The notes beneath the pieces are model-generated. The model saw only the letters and a program-made list of their open reading frames with translations. It did no database searches and was not told the origin of the DNA. A DNA stretch of 24,000 bases from Clostridia bacterium (lineage in GTDB: Bacteria; Bacillota; Clostridia; Christensenellales; UBA1242): contig JAZOOJ010000001.1 of assembly GCA_045655005.1 (NCBI GenBank), forward strand, positions 81,288 to 105,287, in the 5' to 3' direction. Shown here one piece after another: positions 1-8,904 of the stretch (position 1 is its first letter; every line of letters begins with the position of its first letter). Both the position numbers and the translations under genes were made by a program.

Positions 1-43
1 GTCACGCTAGAGGTCGACGGTTCGAGCCCGTTTGGAGTCGCCA
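1..43 (+). tRNA. tRNA-Asp (anticodon GTC), 3' portion; the 5' part lies outside the window
   Basis: GTCAC (end of the anticodon loop, GTC at 1-3), GCTAG stem, AGGTC variable loop. T-arm is GACGG-TTCGAGC-CCGTT, acceptor 3' strand TGGAGTC, discriminator G, encoded CCA. The layout resembles Bacillus tRNA-Asp as I recall it. Confidence 0.75.
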
Positions 44-88
44 TTATTTTTAAAGATAAAGTTTTCCAAAAGTTTTGACAAGAATTTT

Positions 89-164
89 GCCTTGGTAGCT
101 CAGTCGGTAGAGCAGGGGACTGAAAATCCCCGTGTCGGTGGTTCGATTCCGCCCTAAGGCACCA
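89..164 (+). tRNA. tRNA-Phe (anticodon GAA)
   Basis: Acceptor GCCTTGG pairs with CCTAAGGC. D-arm is AGCTCAGTCGGTAGAGC, anticodon arm GGGGA-CTGAAAA-TCCCC, T-arm GGTTCGATTCC, encoded CCA. Confidence 0.95.
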
Positions 165-173
165 AAAATTCAT

Positions 174-248
<75 letters not shown>

Positions 249-255
249 TTTTTTT

Positions 256-340
256 GGGAGAGTTCCAGAGCGGCCAAATGGAACGGACTGTAAATCCGTC
301 GACTATGTCTTCGATGGTTCAAATCCATCCTCTCCCACCA
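256..340 (+). tRNA. tRNA-Tyr (anticodon GTA), class II with a long variable arm
   Basis: Acceptor GGGAGAG/CTCTCCC, anticodon arm CGGA-CTGTAAA-TCCG, long variable arm, T-arm GGTTCAAATCC, encoded CCA. Confidence 0.95.
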
Positions 341-343
341 AGT

Positions 344-377
344 AGGGTTGTGCATAAAGCACAATCCTATTTTTTTG
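344..377 (+). terminator. Rho-independent terminator ending the tRNA cluster
   Basis: 10-bp stem AGGGTTGTGC/GCACAATCCT (one G-U pair), ATAAA loop, followed by a T8 run. Confidence 0.8.
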
Positions 378-454
378 TTAATAAATTTTGTTTTTCATTT
401 TTTATTCAAGGCACAAGTAGGGGTATCAATCATAAATTGTACAAAATTTCACTA

Positions 455-483
455 TTGACATAAATTTAATTCAATGTTAAAAT
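455..483 (+). promoter_or_regulatory. Sigma-A type promoter for the paralog operon
   Basis: TTGACA (455-460), 17-nt spacer, TGt-TAAAAT extended -10 (475-483). SD AAGGTGG lies upstream of the ATG at 514. Confidence 0.6.
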
Positions 484-513
484 TATTTTACTAATTAATA
501 AGGTGGTAAATTT

Positions 514-1815
514 ATGGACGAGAACACAATGGTTAATATTGCTACTAGAATTGTTCAAGAGTATAAACAATATGGTTATACGCAAAGCGTAAAAAATAAA
601 ATATTGATGTTTAGAAGTGATAAGAATTTTGCAGAGTTAGTGGCAAAATTGGCATATCGAGATTTTGATTTGTTTAAAAAGATTATTAGAGAAAAAGAGA
701 TAAAATTTAATTATTCGCAAGTTACTTCATTTTTTAATCCTATTGAATTTCGTCTTGAATGGGCTCTTAGGAATGGCGTTAAAGGAATGGGTTTTGATGA
801 GAAAAGAGTTTTAAGCGATATAAGTTTTAGACAAAACATTGCTTGGGCTTTTCAGCAATATACTACAAGTTATCACGCAGTAAGATTTTCGGCAATTTAT
901 CCTAATCAAAAAAATCCGCACGAGGGCAAGATTCAGAAAATTCAAAGATTTCCAGGAAGCGAGCAATTAACTGCAAGGGAAATTTTAGAAAAAGAATTAA
1001 AAGAACATCCAAATGTAGTTGAAGATATAATCGATGAGCAAACCTTTGATGATGAGCTTATTATCTCGCCAGAGCTTGTTGATATAATATTGGCAAACAA
1101 TCCAAGCGAATCGTTGTTGCATACTCTTTTATACAGGACTTATCAGAGGGGCAAAAGTCGTGGTGATCTCCTTGAAAAATACGCCGAGATTGCAGAGTCT
1201 CCAGATAGTGTAATGAATTTTTTAGACTCTGAAAAAAGAAGGTGTAGTGTGGCTTCACCTTCAGATTATGACTCGCCAGCAGACAGCATTTACCTTACTT
1301 ATTTCAATTTGTTCCGTACGCATATTAAAGCGGTAGATAGAGCAATGGAAATTGCTTTTGGTAGAGATGACTATTTTGCCGGTGCAGAAGACTTTGAAAT
1401 TCACACCGAACTTCAAAAAAGGGTATATCATTATACTGATGTAAATGCATATGTTTGCGGAGATGCTCTAAAAGCACTTGCAAAAACCGCCTTTAAAACA
1501 TTAAGAGAAAGAAGTCTTGTAAAAGAAAAGGCAGAGTTGCGTAAGTTTTTGCTATATGGAAACAGAAATGTTGTTGATATTATGACAAAAGCCTTTATTG
1601 ATATTGCGTCCACCGGGCATATTGATGAATTGCTTGGAGTTCTTTCATATAATAAAGAAGATGTAGTACAACTTTTTATGTCTTGTTATGAAGATGAGTC
1701 GCAAGTAGAAAGTATATTGCAAAATTTTGGAAGATATGAAGAAAAGTTAAATGAAAAGCTGTTGGGAATAAAGGAATATCTACAAGAAGCATCTCAAGCG
1801 GACGAGCAAGATTAA
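514..1815 (+). CDS. Hypothetical protein, tandem paralog A (433 aa, predicted mostly helical)
   Basis: Long ORF with a good SD. It aligns by eye with the next ORF at GYTQSV(K/R)NKILMFRS, (E/A)WALRNG, DEK+(V/I)L and NNPS. I recognise no known domain. Confidence 0.8.
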   Translation: MDENTMVNIATRIVQEYKQYGYTQSVKNKILMFRSDKNFAELVAKLAYRDFDLFKKIIREKEIKFNYSQVTSFFNPIEFRLEWALRNGVKGMGFDEKRVLSDISFRQNIAWAFQQYTTSYHAVRFSAIYPNQKNPHEGKIQKIQRFPGSEQLTAREILEKELKEHPNVVEDIIDEQTFDDELIISPELVDIILANNPSESLLHTLLYRTYQRGKSRGDLLEKYAEIAESPDSVMNFLDSEKRRCSVASPSDYDSPADSIYLTYFNLFRTHIKAVDRAMEIAFGRDDYFAGAEDFEIHTELQKRVYHYTDVNAYVCGDALKALAKTAFKTLRERSLVKEKAELRKFLLYGNRNVVDIMTKAFIDIASTGHIDELLGVLSYNKEDVVQLFMSCYEDESQVESILQNFGRYEEKLNEKLLGIKEYLQEASQADEQD

Positions 1816-1862
1816 TCTAAAATAACTGTCTGGGTTATTCAAGGAGTGAGTCAAAAGGGATT

Positions 1863-3107
1863 ATGGATATACTACGAGAAAGTAAAATAGCAGAGAATAT
1901 AAGAAACGAATACAGGAAATTCGGATATACTCAAAGTGTAAGAAATAAAATATTGATGTTTAGGTCAAGTGAGAGATTTGGGAACATTTTATCGATGCTT
2001 GACGACGATTTACTGAAAAAGGTGTTTCAAGAAAAAGCAATAAAAATAAATTATGATATTGCTTGTCGTTTCGATGAAAGACAAAAGCTTGCGTGGGCAC
2101 TTAGGAATGGAAAGAAGAATTTGGGTAAAGACGAAAAGAAGATATTGGCCGAACACGCACACAAAGAAAATGTTCGTTGGGCAGTTTGGCAATATATGAG
2201 GGACTTTGGCGAGGTTAATCAAGATATAATGTCTCCTGATGGAAGCGGTTGGGGGATGAATATTGAAGTCCAAAAGTCACCTTATGGCGAAGATTTAACC
2301 GCAGAAGAAGTAATCATTAAGGAAATGCAACAGGGTGGCTGTTATCTTGAACAATACATTGATGCAGCGACGTATTTTTCAAAGAAGGTAATCTCAAACA
2401 AACTTGTAGATTTAGTTCTTCAAAATAATCCAAGCAATGCAGTAGTTGGCACGCTTCTCAGTTGTTGCTATCAAGAGTATGAAAAACGAGTGGAACTCGC
2501 AATGGCTTATGCAAAAACAGCAAAGTCAGCAAGACAAATTATAGGATTTTTAAATGTAGAAAGGAATACTTATTTTAATCTAAAAAGTGTAAACAATACG
2601 TTCGCTCATACAATTTATGAACAAGGGAATGATGTTTATAATGAGTTGTATCAAATAGCTCAAAATAGGAATGACTTTTTTGATGGAGCGAGTGAAGAAG
2701 ATATTTATAAGGGCGTTAAGCAGTTTATCAATAGTTGGAAAAATGTGTCATTAATATCTTTTCCTACCTTAGAAAAATTCACGAGCGTTGCTGTTTCAAA
2801 ATTGCGTGATAACGTATATACTAAACAAATTTTACGATACACATTGTCAGATGAAATGCTTACTAATATGATTTTGAACGCAATAGGAAACAACTTGAAA
2901 GGTGATGAAATACAATCGCTTATAAACAAAACTTCTTATGATGCAAAAGAAATAGAAGATGTTTTTACTCAACTTCATTGGGACAATAGTTGGATACAAG
3001 AAAAACTGAAAGAATATGAACTTGCAGAAAGAGTGATAGACTCTAAACTTTTCGATGTTAAGGTTAGGCAAAAAATTGCCCAGAAACACTATGGGTCTGA
3101 ATCTTAA
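1863..3107 (+). CDS. Hypothetical protein, tandem paralog B (414 aa)
   Basis: SD AAGGGA precedes the ATG. It lies 47 nt after paralog A with no terminator between them, and shares motifs with paralog A along the length. Confidence 0.8.
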   Translation: MDILRESKIAENIRNEYRKFGYTQSVRNKILMFRSSERFGNILSMLDDDLLKKVFQEKAIKINYDIACRFDERQKLAWALRNGKKNLGKDEKKILAEHAHKENVRWAVWQYMRDFGEVNQDIMSPDGSGWGMNIEVQKSPYGEDLTAEEVIIKEMQQGGCYLEQYIDAATYFSKKVISNKLVDLVLQNNPSNAVVGTLLSCCYQEYEKRVELAMAYAKTAKSARQIIGFLNVERNTYFNLKSVNNTFAHTIYEQGNDVYNELYQIAQNRNDFFDGASEEDIYKGVKQFINSWKNVSLISFPTLEKFTSVAVSKLRDNVYTKQILRYTLSDEMLTNMILNAIGNNLKGDEIQSLINKTSYDAKEIEDVFTQLHWDNSWIQEKLKEYELAERVIDSKLFDVKVRQKIAQKHYGSES

Positions 3108-3200
3108 CTTTAATAACAGTCAAAAAAATGAGCAGTTTGCATTGTTCTAAAATAATTTTCACAAAATTTTCAATTATTTTAATTATTGAATAAATAGTAC

Positions 3201-3229
3201 TTGCGATTTATAAAAAATAATGCTAAAAT
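3201..3229 (+). promoter_or_regulatory. Sigma-A type promoter for the PC4-like gene
   Basis: TTGCGA, 17-nt spacer, TGc-TAAAAT extended -10. SD GGAGGA precedes the ATG at 3263. Confidence 0.55.
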
Positions 3230-3262
3230 ATATGTATATACTATCAAGCGGAGGAAAAACCT

Positions 3263-3490
3263 ATGGCAGAAATTAAGTATGAAGTTACCGAAAAATTAGG
3301 TGCACTTTCAGAACCTGTAAATGGCTATGCAAAAGAATTGAATATGATTAGTTGGAATGATCACGCTCCAGTTTTCGATTTAAGACCTTGGAACGTTGCT
3401 CATGACAGAATGAGTAAAGGTATCACTTTCAACAAAGCAGAAGCAAAAGCATTAAGGGATATTCTAAACAGTTTAAATCTTGATGACTAG
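3263..3490 (+). CDS. PC4/YdbC-like small ssDNA-binding protein (75 aa)
   Basis: MAEIKYEV..LGALSE...AKELNMISWN....FDLRPW.....MSKGITF closely follows the bacterial YdbC (PC4-like) pattern as I remember it. Strong SD. Confidence 0.65.
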   Translation: MAEIKYEVTEKLGALSEPVNGYAKELNMISWNDHAPVFDLRPWNVAHDRMSKGITFNKAEAKALRDILNSLNLDD

Positions 3491-3511
3491 GTAAATATAT
3501 AATTGACAATG

Positions 3512-3560
3512 AAAAAGAACGATTAGGCAATTTTGATTGCTTATTCGTTCTTTTTGTTTT
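3512..3560. terminator. Bidirectional terminator between convergent genes
   Basis: Long hairpin AAAGAACGA..GCAA-ttttga-TTGC..TCGTTCTTT (3514-3553), flanked by an A-run upstream and a T-run downstream. Confidence 0.8.
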
Positions 3561-3571
3561 AATGTAAATTA

Positions 3572-4819
3572 TTATGCGACGTCGTCACGGTTAAATAAAG
3601 ACATCTGAGGTTCATCTTCATCTTCCAACTGAAAGTCTTTGCTTTTAAATATGTCTTTGCTTGCTGCACGTTGTCTGAGCATTTCTTCTTCACGAATCAG
3701 TTGTTCAAGCATTTGTTTTGAGGCGTCATCTAAAATTCCGGCTTTAGCGAACTCTTGCATTTCCTTTAATGCTGAATATCTGGCGTCTGCTTCTTCAATA
3801 CTTGATAGGTAAGAGGCAAAACTTGAATGTCCTTTTTTTGCCATTTCCAGTGCAGCATTCATTCTGAATGCAAGCTTTTTATCTCTTTCGTTTGTTGGTT
3901 CTCTGTTCATATTTGCGATTTGAATTTTGTGTTTCGCCTCATGAAGTCCAGTTTGCATCATTCGCATTGGAAGATATGGGTCTTTTGTAATCTTGCATTT
4001 TTCAAATTCGTTTAAAAATTGTTCATTTAAATATAATGTGTCAACACCGTCTGCGTAACAACCAAATGTTGTTTTGTCGCCTTGTTGAGCAAATTTTCTA
4101 AATTCCACCTTAGGGGCTTGAACATTGTTCATAGAACAATACCCATCAACAAGCCCTTCAACAATATTTAGCAAATCTTCTTTTTCAAGCGAATAGAAGA
4201 CGTCAGGGTTAAAGCATTGTGCAAGGCTTTTATAGGTGATAGGGTCCATTTTTGGAACTTCGGTGATTTGTTCGGCGTCGCCACCGCTAAACATATTGCT
4301 ATCTTGCATAAATCCACGCAATTTCCAAATTGTCTTCATTCGTATATTCATTGCTTCGTCTTCACGATAGTCAACTATATCACCATTTTCATCTACGTGA
4401 CCCAAAACGCTTGATATATATTTTGTAAGAATCTCGGCTTCTTGACGTATTTGCTCGAATTGTTGTATTTGATTTTGTTTTAAATTTTGTTTCCTTAAAA
4501 GTTGAAAGTATACAAAAGTCAAATATTGATTAACATAATCGGCAAGTTTTTTGGCAAACTTTTTATCTCTTAGCATAAGTTGGGTAGCATAATCTAAGAT
4601 GTTTTCATCATCTTCGCTGATCATTATGCCAAACATTTCATAGTATGCTTCTTGAATAAATTTAAAGAAATGCGAAAATAGGACGGTCTTTTCTCCATCG
4701 CCCATTTTAGAAAGTAAATTTTTATCTACTTTTATTAATGAGGTAAGATATTTTGCGTAGTCGTCAAATTTATCAACGTCAAATTGTTCTTGCCCTGTTA
4801 GAACAAATTTCTCACGCAT
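3572..4819 (-). CDS. Hypothetical protein with an HExxH motif (415 aa); possible zinc metallopeptidase-like
   Basis: ORF with SD GAAGGGGGG 8 nt upstream of the ATG. Contains PMRMMQTGLHEAKHKIQ (HEAKH) and an acidic C-terminus. No family recognised. Confidence 0.7.
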   Translation of the reverse strand: MREKFVLTGQEQFDVDKFDDYAKYLTSLIKVDKNLLSKMGDGEKTVLFSHFFKFIQEAYYEMFGIMISEDDENILDYATQLMLRDKKFAKKLADYVNQYLTFVYFQLLRKQNLKQNQIQQFEQIRQEAEILTKYISSVLGHVDENGDIVDYREDEAMNIRMKTIWKLRGFMQDSNMFSGGDAEQITEVPKMDPITYKSLAQCFNPDVFYSLEKEDLLNIVEGLVDGYCSMNNVQAPKVEFRKFAQQGDKTTFGCYADGVDTLYLNEQFLNEFEKCKITKDPYLPMRMMQTGLHEAKHKIQIANMNREPTNERDKKLAFRMNAALEMAKKGHSSFASYLSSIEEADARYSALKEMQEFAKAGILDDASKQMLEQLIREEEMLRQRAASKDIFKSKDFQLEDEDEPQMSLFNRDDVA

Positions 4820-4851
4820 AAGCGTTGCCCCCCTTCACTAATTGTGTCTAT

Positions 4852-4880
4852 ATTATACACTACAATATATAAAATTTCAA
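4852..4880 (-). promoter_or_regulatory. Sigma-A type promoter for the 415-aa gene
   Basis: On the minus strand: TTGAAA, 17-nt spacer, TATAAT. Confidence 0.55.
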
Positions 4881-4931
4881 TAGTCTTTTCAAAATTTCTT
4901 ATCTGAAAACGACACAAAAAGTGAAAAAATA

Positions 4932-4966
4932 ATCAAAGCAAGCCTATATTTTAGACTTGCTTTGAT
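4932..4966. terminator. Terminator downstream of the PadR-fusion gene
   Basis: Perfect 11-bp stem ATCAAAGCAAG/CTTGCTTTGAT with A/T runs on both sides. Confidence 0.8.
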
Positions 4967-4975
4967 AGTTTTTTA

Positions 4976-7411
4976 TTAAACGTGGAAACGTTTTGAATTA
5001 AAGAGTAGGGTATATACCAAAGTATGAATTGGAAGATAAAGTGTACAAATTGCTGGCAAATACCATAATAAATGGTTGTAATCAATTTGAGTAAAACTGT
5101 ACAGTCCAAATGGAATATTGACTGCGTAAATAATGACTAAGCATTGAACGGCAAACAGCACAGAGAATATAATTGCAACTTTTGCAGAATACCTAGGTTT
5201 AACTTTCTTGGTTTGATTTAATAAAAAGATTACTGTAAAAACAATTGGAATTAATATCATCGCTCCTAAACAACTAAACAAGAAGAATGATGCAGGAAGG
5301 GCTGAAGGCACATACCTTAAGTCAGTGTAGCCAATTGGTCCAGCGATTAAATACCCAATTACAAGAAGTAGTGATGTTAGTGCAAAAGAGAACCAACTTG
5401 TAAACATTTTAATTTTATTTGGTAAAATATAATTTTTTGTTTCGGCTGTTTCTTTTGGTCTTCTTTCGTAAACTCTAACCTCAATACCTGCATTGTTGAA
5501 ATTTGTCCTTAGGTCATCAATTTTTGTTATCGTTTGTTGGTTGATGTTGTTTGCCTTTGTTGAAGGTGAAAATCTTATTGAGCCATAAGAGGATAGTGTA
5601 TTTAATAATTGACGACTGTCGTTATCTGTGTATTGAGGTACAAAGCTTCGTTTGTTGTCTACAAAAAGGTTCGTTGTAGCATCTGGGTCGTTGTAAATTG
5701 GGTCGTAATTTTGTATTTCAGGTTCAGCATAAACAAAATTGCTTTGCGTTAAGCTTTCGTCTGAATTATTATCAATAATTGAAACTTCATTTCGTGGGTC
5801 TTCGGAAGGTGATAAATATTCATCACGTAAAGCAAGCTCTCTTGCGTTGCTAAATTCTTCATCTCGGTCATAATCATAGGAGTATGAGCTTGTTAATTCA
5901 TCTTCATTTCGTAAAGTGAAATTTTGTGCTTTATAATTTTCAATTTCGTCCTCGGCATCTTCGTTGTTTTCGTCGTCGTCATCATTATTATTGAAGTTAT
6001 TGTAATTACCATAATTAAATCGAACGAAAGGAAGAGGTTCGCCTTGTCCGGAATTATCTTCTTCGGCTCCAAAAATTAATTCAGAAGACTCATCGTCTTG
6101 ATCTTCACTATAACCAAAATTCAGTTTTGTTGAATTAAAATCATTTTCGGGTTCATCTTGCTCCAAATTTGACGGGTCTTCATAGTCTTCGTTTTGTTCT
6201 TCACTTATTAAATCTGACGTCAAATCGCTGTAATTTCTTGAAATTTCAAATTCGTCATCGTTTTCTTCGGCAACGCTGTAAAATGGGGCGTCGTCCAATT
6301 CTTCTTCTAAATCTTCGGAGCTATCAAATTCTAAATCATCGTCAGAATCGTCAGAATTGATGATATTGTCAAATAGTGATGTGTCCAATGTCTGTTCTTT
6401 GGGTTGTTCTTGCGAGAATGTTTCTTCATAGAAGCCTGAGCCACCGACTTCATCTTTTACATTGTCAAAATATGTATTGTTATTTAACTTGTAATCTTTA
6501 AAATTAAATTTGGTAGAATATTTGACATCATTATTCTTGATGACGATATCATCTAATTCATTTTGCGACTCGGTTTGCTCAGATTGGATATCATTTACTG
6601 GCGTTGCTTCATCTTTTACGTTATTAGAAAATATGTTTCTTAATTCTTCACTTTCTTGATTATCAGAAAGTGGGGAGGTTAATATTTGTTCTGGTATTGG
6701 ATTGTCATCATATTGCAAAGCCTTTTCAATCGAGTTAAAAATGTCGAATTGATTTTCGTCAGTATTATAATATTCTTCAACTAGTTTTAAATCTTGCTCA
6801 TCGGTGCCAAAGTCGAGACCTTCATTTTCTTCAATCCCATAAAATTCAGCGAACGGATTAACGACCTTCGTAGATTGAATACCTTGTTCAGAGTTCTCTA
6901 TTTGCGTACTTATAATATTTGTCTGTTCTATTCGTAAATCGTATTGATTTTGTTCTGATGAAGCAGAAGTGCATTGCTCTTGATCAAGTTCTTTTTCTTC
7001 ATCAGTTTTTTTGCGGAATGTTATATTTTCAGTGCCGGTCAAAGGAATAAAGTTTGTTGTTACTTCTGGCAAAACATCGTCGGCATTTTCAGCAATAAGA
7101 TTGTCAATTATTGACCTTGAAGACAGCCACTCACGCATATTATTATCGTACTCTTGACGACCCAAATCGGTCAATTTATAATAATGCCTTTTACCGCCAA
7201 TATCGCTGTTCACCCAGTATGCAGATATAAATCCTTGACCTTCAAGCCGTTTTAAACAACTGTATAATGTAGGTTGCTTTAACTCATAGGTGCCATTGCT
7301 TCTGGTTTCAATTTCTTTTATAATCTCATACCCGTATTTATCTCCGCTTGCAAGCGTTTTTAAAATTATTGTATCCACATGCCCACGGATTAAATCTGAA
7401 TCAATTGCCAT
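4976..7411 (-). CDS. PadR-family winged-helix regulator fused to a long acidic low-complexity linker and a C-terminal multi-pass membrane domain
   Basis: The N-terminus RGHVDTIILKTLASGDKYGYEIIKEI...LKQPTLYSCLKRLEGQGFISAYW...GGKRHYYKLTDLG is a textbook PadR motif. About 550 aa rich in D/E/N/S follow, then roughly 5 hydrophobic helices at the C-terminus. I prefer the ATG at 7411 (AAAGGAG upstream) over the track's TTG at 7447. Confidence 0.8.
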   Translation of the reverse strand: MAIDSDLIRGHVDTIILKTLASGDKYGYEIIKEIETRSNGTYELKQPTLYSCLKRLEGQGFISAYWVNSDIGGKRHYYKLTDLGRQEYDNNMREWLSSRSIIDNLIAENADDVLPEVTTNFIPLTGTENITFRKKTDEEKELDQEQCTSASSEQNQYDLRIEQTNIISTQIENSEQGIQSTKVVNPFAEFYGIEENEGLDFGTDEQDLKLVEEYYNTDENQFDIFNSIEKALQYDDNPIPEQILTSPLSDNQESEELRNIFSNNVKDEATPVNDIQSEQTESQNELDDIVIKNNDVKYSTKFNFKDYKLNNNTYFDNVKDEVGGSGFYEETFSQEQPKEQTLDTSLFDNIINSDDSDDDLEFDSSEDLEEELDDAPFYSVAEENDDEFEISRNYSDLTSDLISEEQNEDYEDPSNLEQDEPENDFNSTKLNFGYSEDQDDESSELIFGAEEDNSGQGEPLPFVRFNYGNYNNFNNNDDDDENNEDAEDEIENYKAQNFTLRNEDELTSSYSYDYDRDEEFSNARELALRDEYLSPSEDPRNEVSIIDNNSDESLTQSNFVYAEPEIQNYDPIYNDPDATTNLFVDNKRSFVPQYTDNDSRQLLNTLSSYGSIRFSPSTKANNINQQTITKIDDLRTNFNNAGIEVRVYERRPKETAETKNYILPNKIKMFTSWFSFALTSLLLVIGYLIAGPIGYTDLRYVPSALPASFFLFSCLGAMILIPIVFTVIFLLNQTKKVKPRYSAKVAIIFSVLFAVQCLVIIYAVNIPFGLYSFTQIDYNHLLWYLPAICTLYLPIHTLVYTLLFNSKRFHV

Positions 7412-7537
7412 AAAGATTTTTGCTCCTTTGATTGAAAATAATGACAATAAGCCTATTATTAATCAATATAATTATATCTTTTTTATTTAAACGATGTCAA
7501 TTAAATAAATCTATCTTGTAAATCTTTTTAATTTTTA

Positions 7538-7567
7538 TTGTACAATATTAAAATTGTTTGTTATAAT
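7538..7567 (+). promoter_or_regulatory. Sigma-A type promoter placed for a leaderless transcript
   Basis: TTGTAC (7538-7543), 18-nt spacer, TATAAT (7562-7567). The ATG at 7574 lies 6 nt after the -10 and there is no SD. Confidence 0.45.
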
Positions 7568-7573
7568 AGCCTT

Positions 7574-8251
7574 ATGATAGAACCAAAGAAGATAATAAGA
7601 CAAAAACGAAAAACTTTGTCCATTACGATAACACCGACTGGAGATGTTATTGTTAAAGCTCCAATAGGCTTGCCAGAAGGTGAAATTTTTAAATTTATTA
7701 ACGAAAAAGAGTCCTGGATTTTGTCTAAATTAAGCAAGGCAAACACCAAAGCTGAAATAAACGATGATTTGATAAAATACAAGGCCTTTTTGCTGTTTGG
7801 GAATAAATATGAGGCCGTGACAGATATTACCGCAAAATCGGCTAATTTTGTAGCAAATAAATGTGTGCTCCCGGTACTTCCTGATAAATCTCAACAATTA
7901 CATAAAGTAATTTTAACATATAAAAAATTGGCGTCAAAGTGGCTTAAAGAAAGAACTCTTGAAATAGCCAGAGTTATAAATGCAAATTTTGATGAGTTTA
8001 AAATTTCAGATACAAAGGGCAGGTGGGGGTGTTGTACGTCTAATTGTTGCATAAATTTAAATTGGCGTGTTGTGTGTTTAGAACCTGCACTAATTGATTA
8101 TGTAATTGTGCATGAATTATGCCATTTAAGAGAAATGAATCATAGTCCTAAATTTTGGGCAAATGTAGAAAAGATATTGCCAGACTACAAACGACGCAGA
8201 AAATCAGTGAAAGAAATGGGCTTTTTATTCCAGATTTATAAAGACGCTTAG
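7574..8251 (+). CDS. YgjP/DUF45-like (M48/SprT-like) zinc metallohydrolase
   Basis: WGCC...INLNWRV...P..LIDYVIVHELCHLREMNHSPKFW...LPDYK matches the DUF45 signature. The start is moved to the ATG at 7574; the track's TTG at 7538 overlaps the promoter. Confidence 0.8.
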   Translation: MIEPKKIIRQKRKTLSITITPTGDVIVKAPIGLPEGEIFKFINEKESWILSKLSKANTKAEINDDLIKYKAFLLFGNKYEAVTDITAKSANFVANKCVLPVLPDKSQQLHKVILTYKKLASKWLKERTLEIARVINANFDEFKISDTKGRWGCCTSNCCINLNWRVVCLEPALIDYVIVHELCHLREMNHSPKFWANVEKILPDYKRRRKSVKEMGFLFQIYKDA

Positions 8252-8352
8252 TTAGTTGATTAGTTAGTATTTAGTAATAATTGATTAAAATTGTGTACCC
8301 CCTTGAAATTTTTAAAGAAATATAATATAATTAGTGTCCTGAGGAGATTTAT

Positions 8353-8853
8353 ATGAATAAAGAAATTAAGAAAAATAGAGAATTAGTACAAGGATTAGAT
8401 TCTAAAATGATTAATTGTATCAAGGTGTCTACTTATGGGCCTAATTCAACTGCAATATATGCATATCTTGTTGATGGAAGAATTTTACAGATATCAAGAC
8501 CAATATATAATTTTATGTTGAAACAAGATATAACAAGACGTTTTGTGGCAAAAAATTTCCCTGAAATGACTAGAAGAGCTTTAAAAACTATGGGTGGAGG
8601 CATCGCTTTAGTAAATTTACACAATGTAAAAGAGTTTGATGTTATGTCTTGTGGTGATAGAGTATCTGCCTGGGTTCGTGCTGTATTTAAAACTCAAGGG
8701 ACAGAAGATGGGACCACAAGCCAAATTGCAAGACTTTACACAGTGCCTGCTTATATGCAAAGCAACGAGTTGGAAAGATTGTATGATTTATTAGCTGCTC
8801 AACCTAATAAGTTTGAAGAAAATAGTGATAGCGATAATGATGAAAGATTATAA
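8353..8853 (+). CDS. Hypothetical protein (166 aa)
   Basis: ORF with SD GAGGAG 7 nt upstream and an acidic C-terminal tail. No family recognised. Confidence 0.7.
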   Translation: MNKEIKKNRELVQGLDSKMINCIKVSTYGPNSTAIYAYLVDGRILQISRPIYNFMLKQDITRRFVAKNFPEMTRRALKTMGGGIALVNLHNVKEFDVMSCGDRVSAWVRAVFKTQGTEDGTTSQIARLYTVPAYMQSNELERLYDLLAAQPNKFEENSDSDNDERL

Positions 8854-8874
8854 TTGAAGAAAGTTAAATAAAAA

Positions 8875-8904
8875 GCACATACTTACTTAGTATGTGCTTT
8901 GTTT
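8875..8904. terminator. Bidirectional terminator between convergent genes
   Basis: 9-bp stem GCACATACT/AGTATGTGC, loop TACTT, A-run upstream and T-rich tract downstream. Confidence 0.8.

Noticed and set aside
5880-6400. Apparent repetitiveness in DNA encoding the acidic linker of the PadR fusion
   Set aside because: It reflects biased D/E/N codon usage (GAT/GAA/AAT runs) and not a defined tandem repeat unit. It is neither a CRISPR array nor a satellite.
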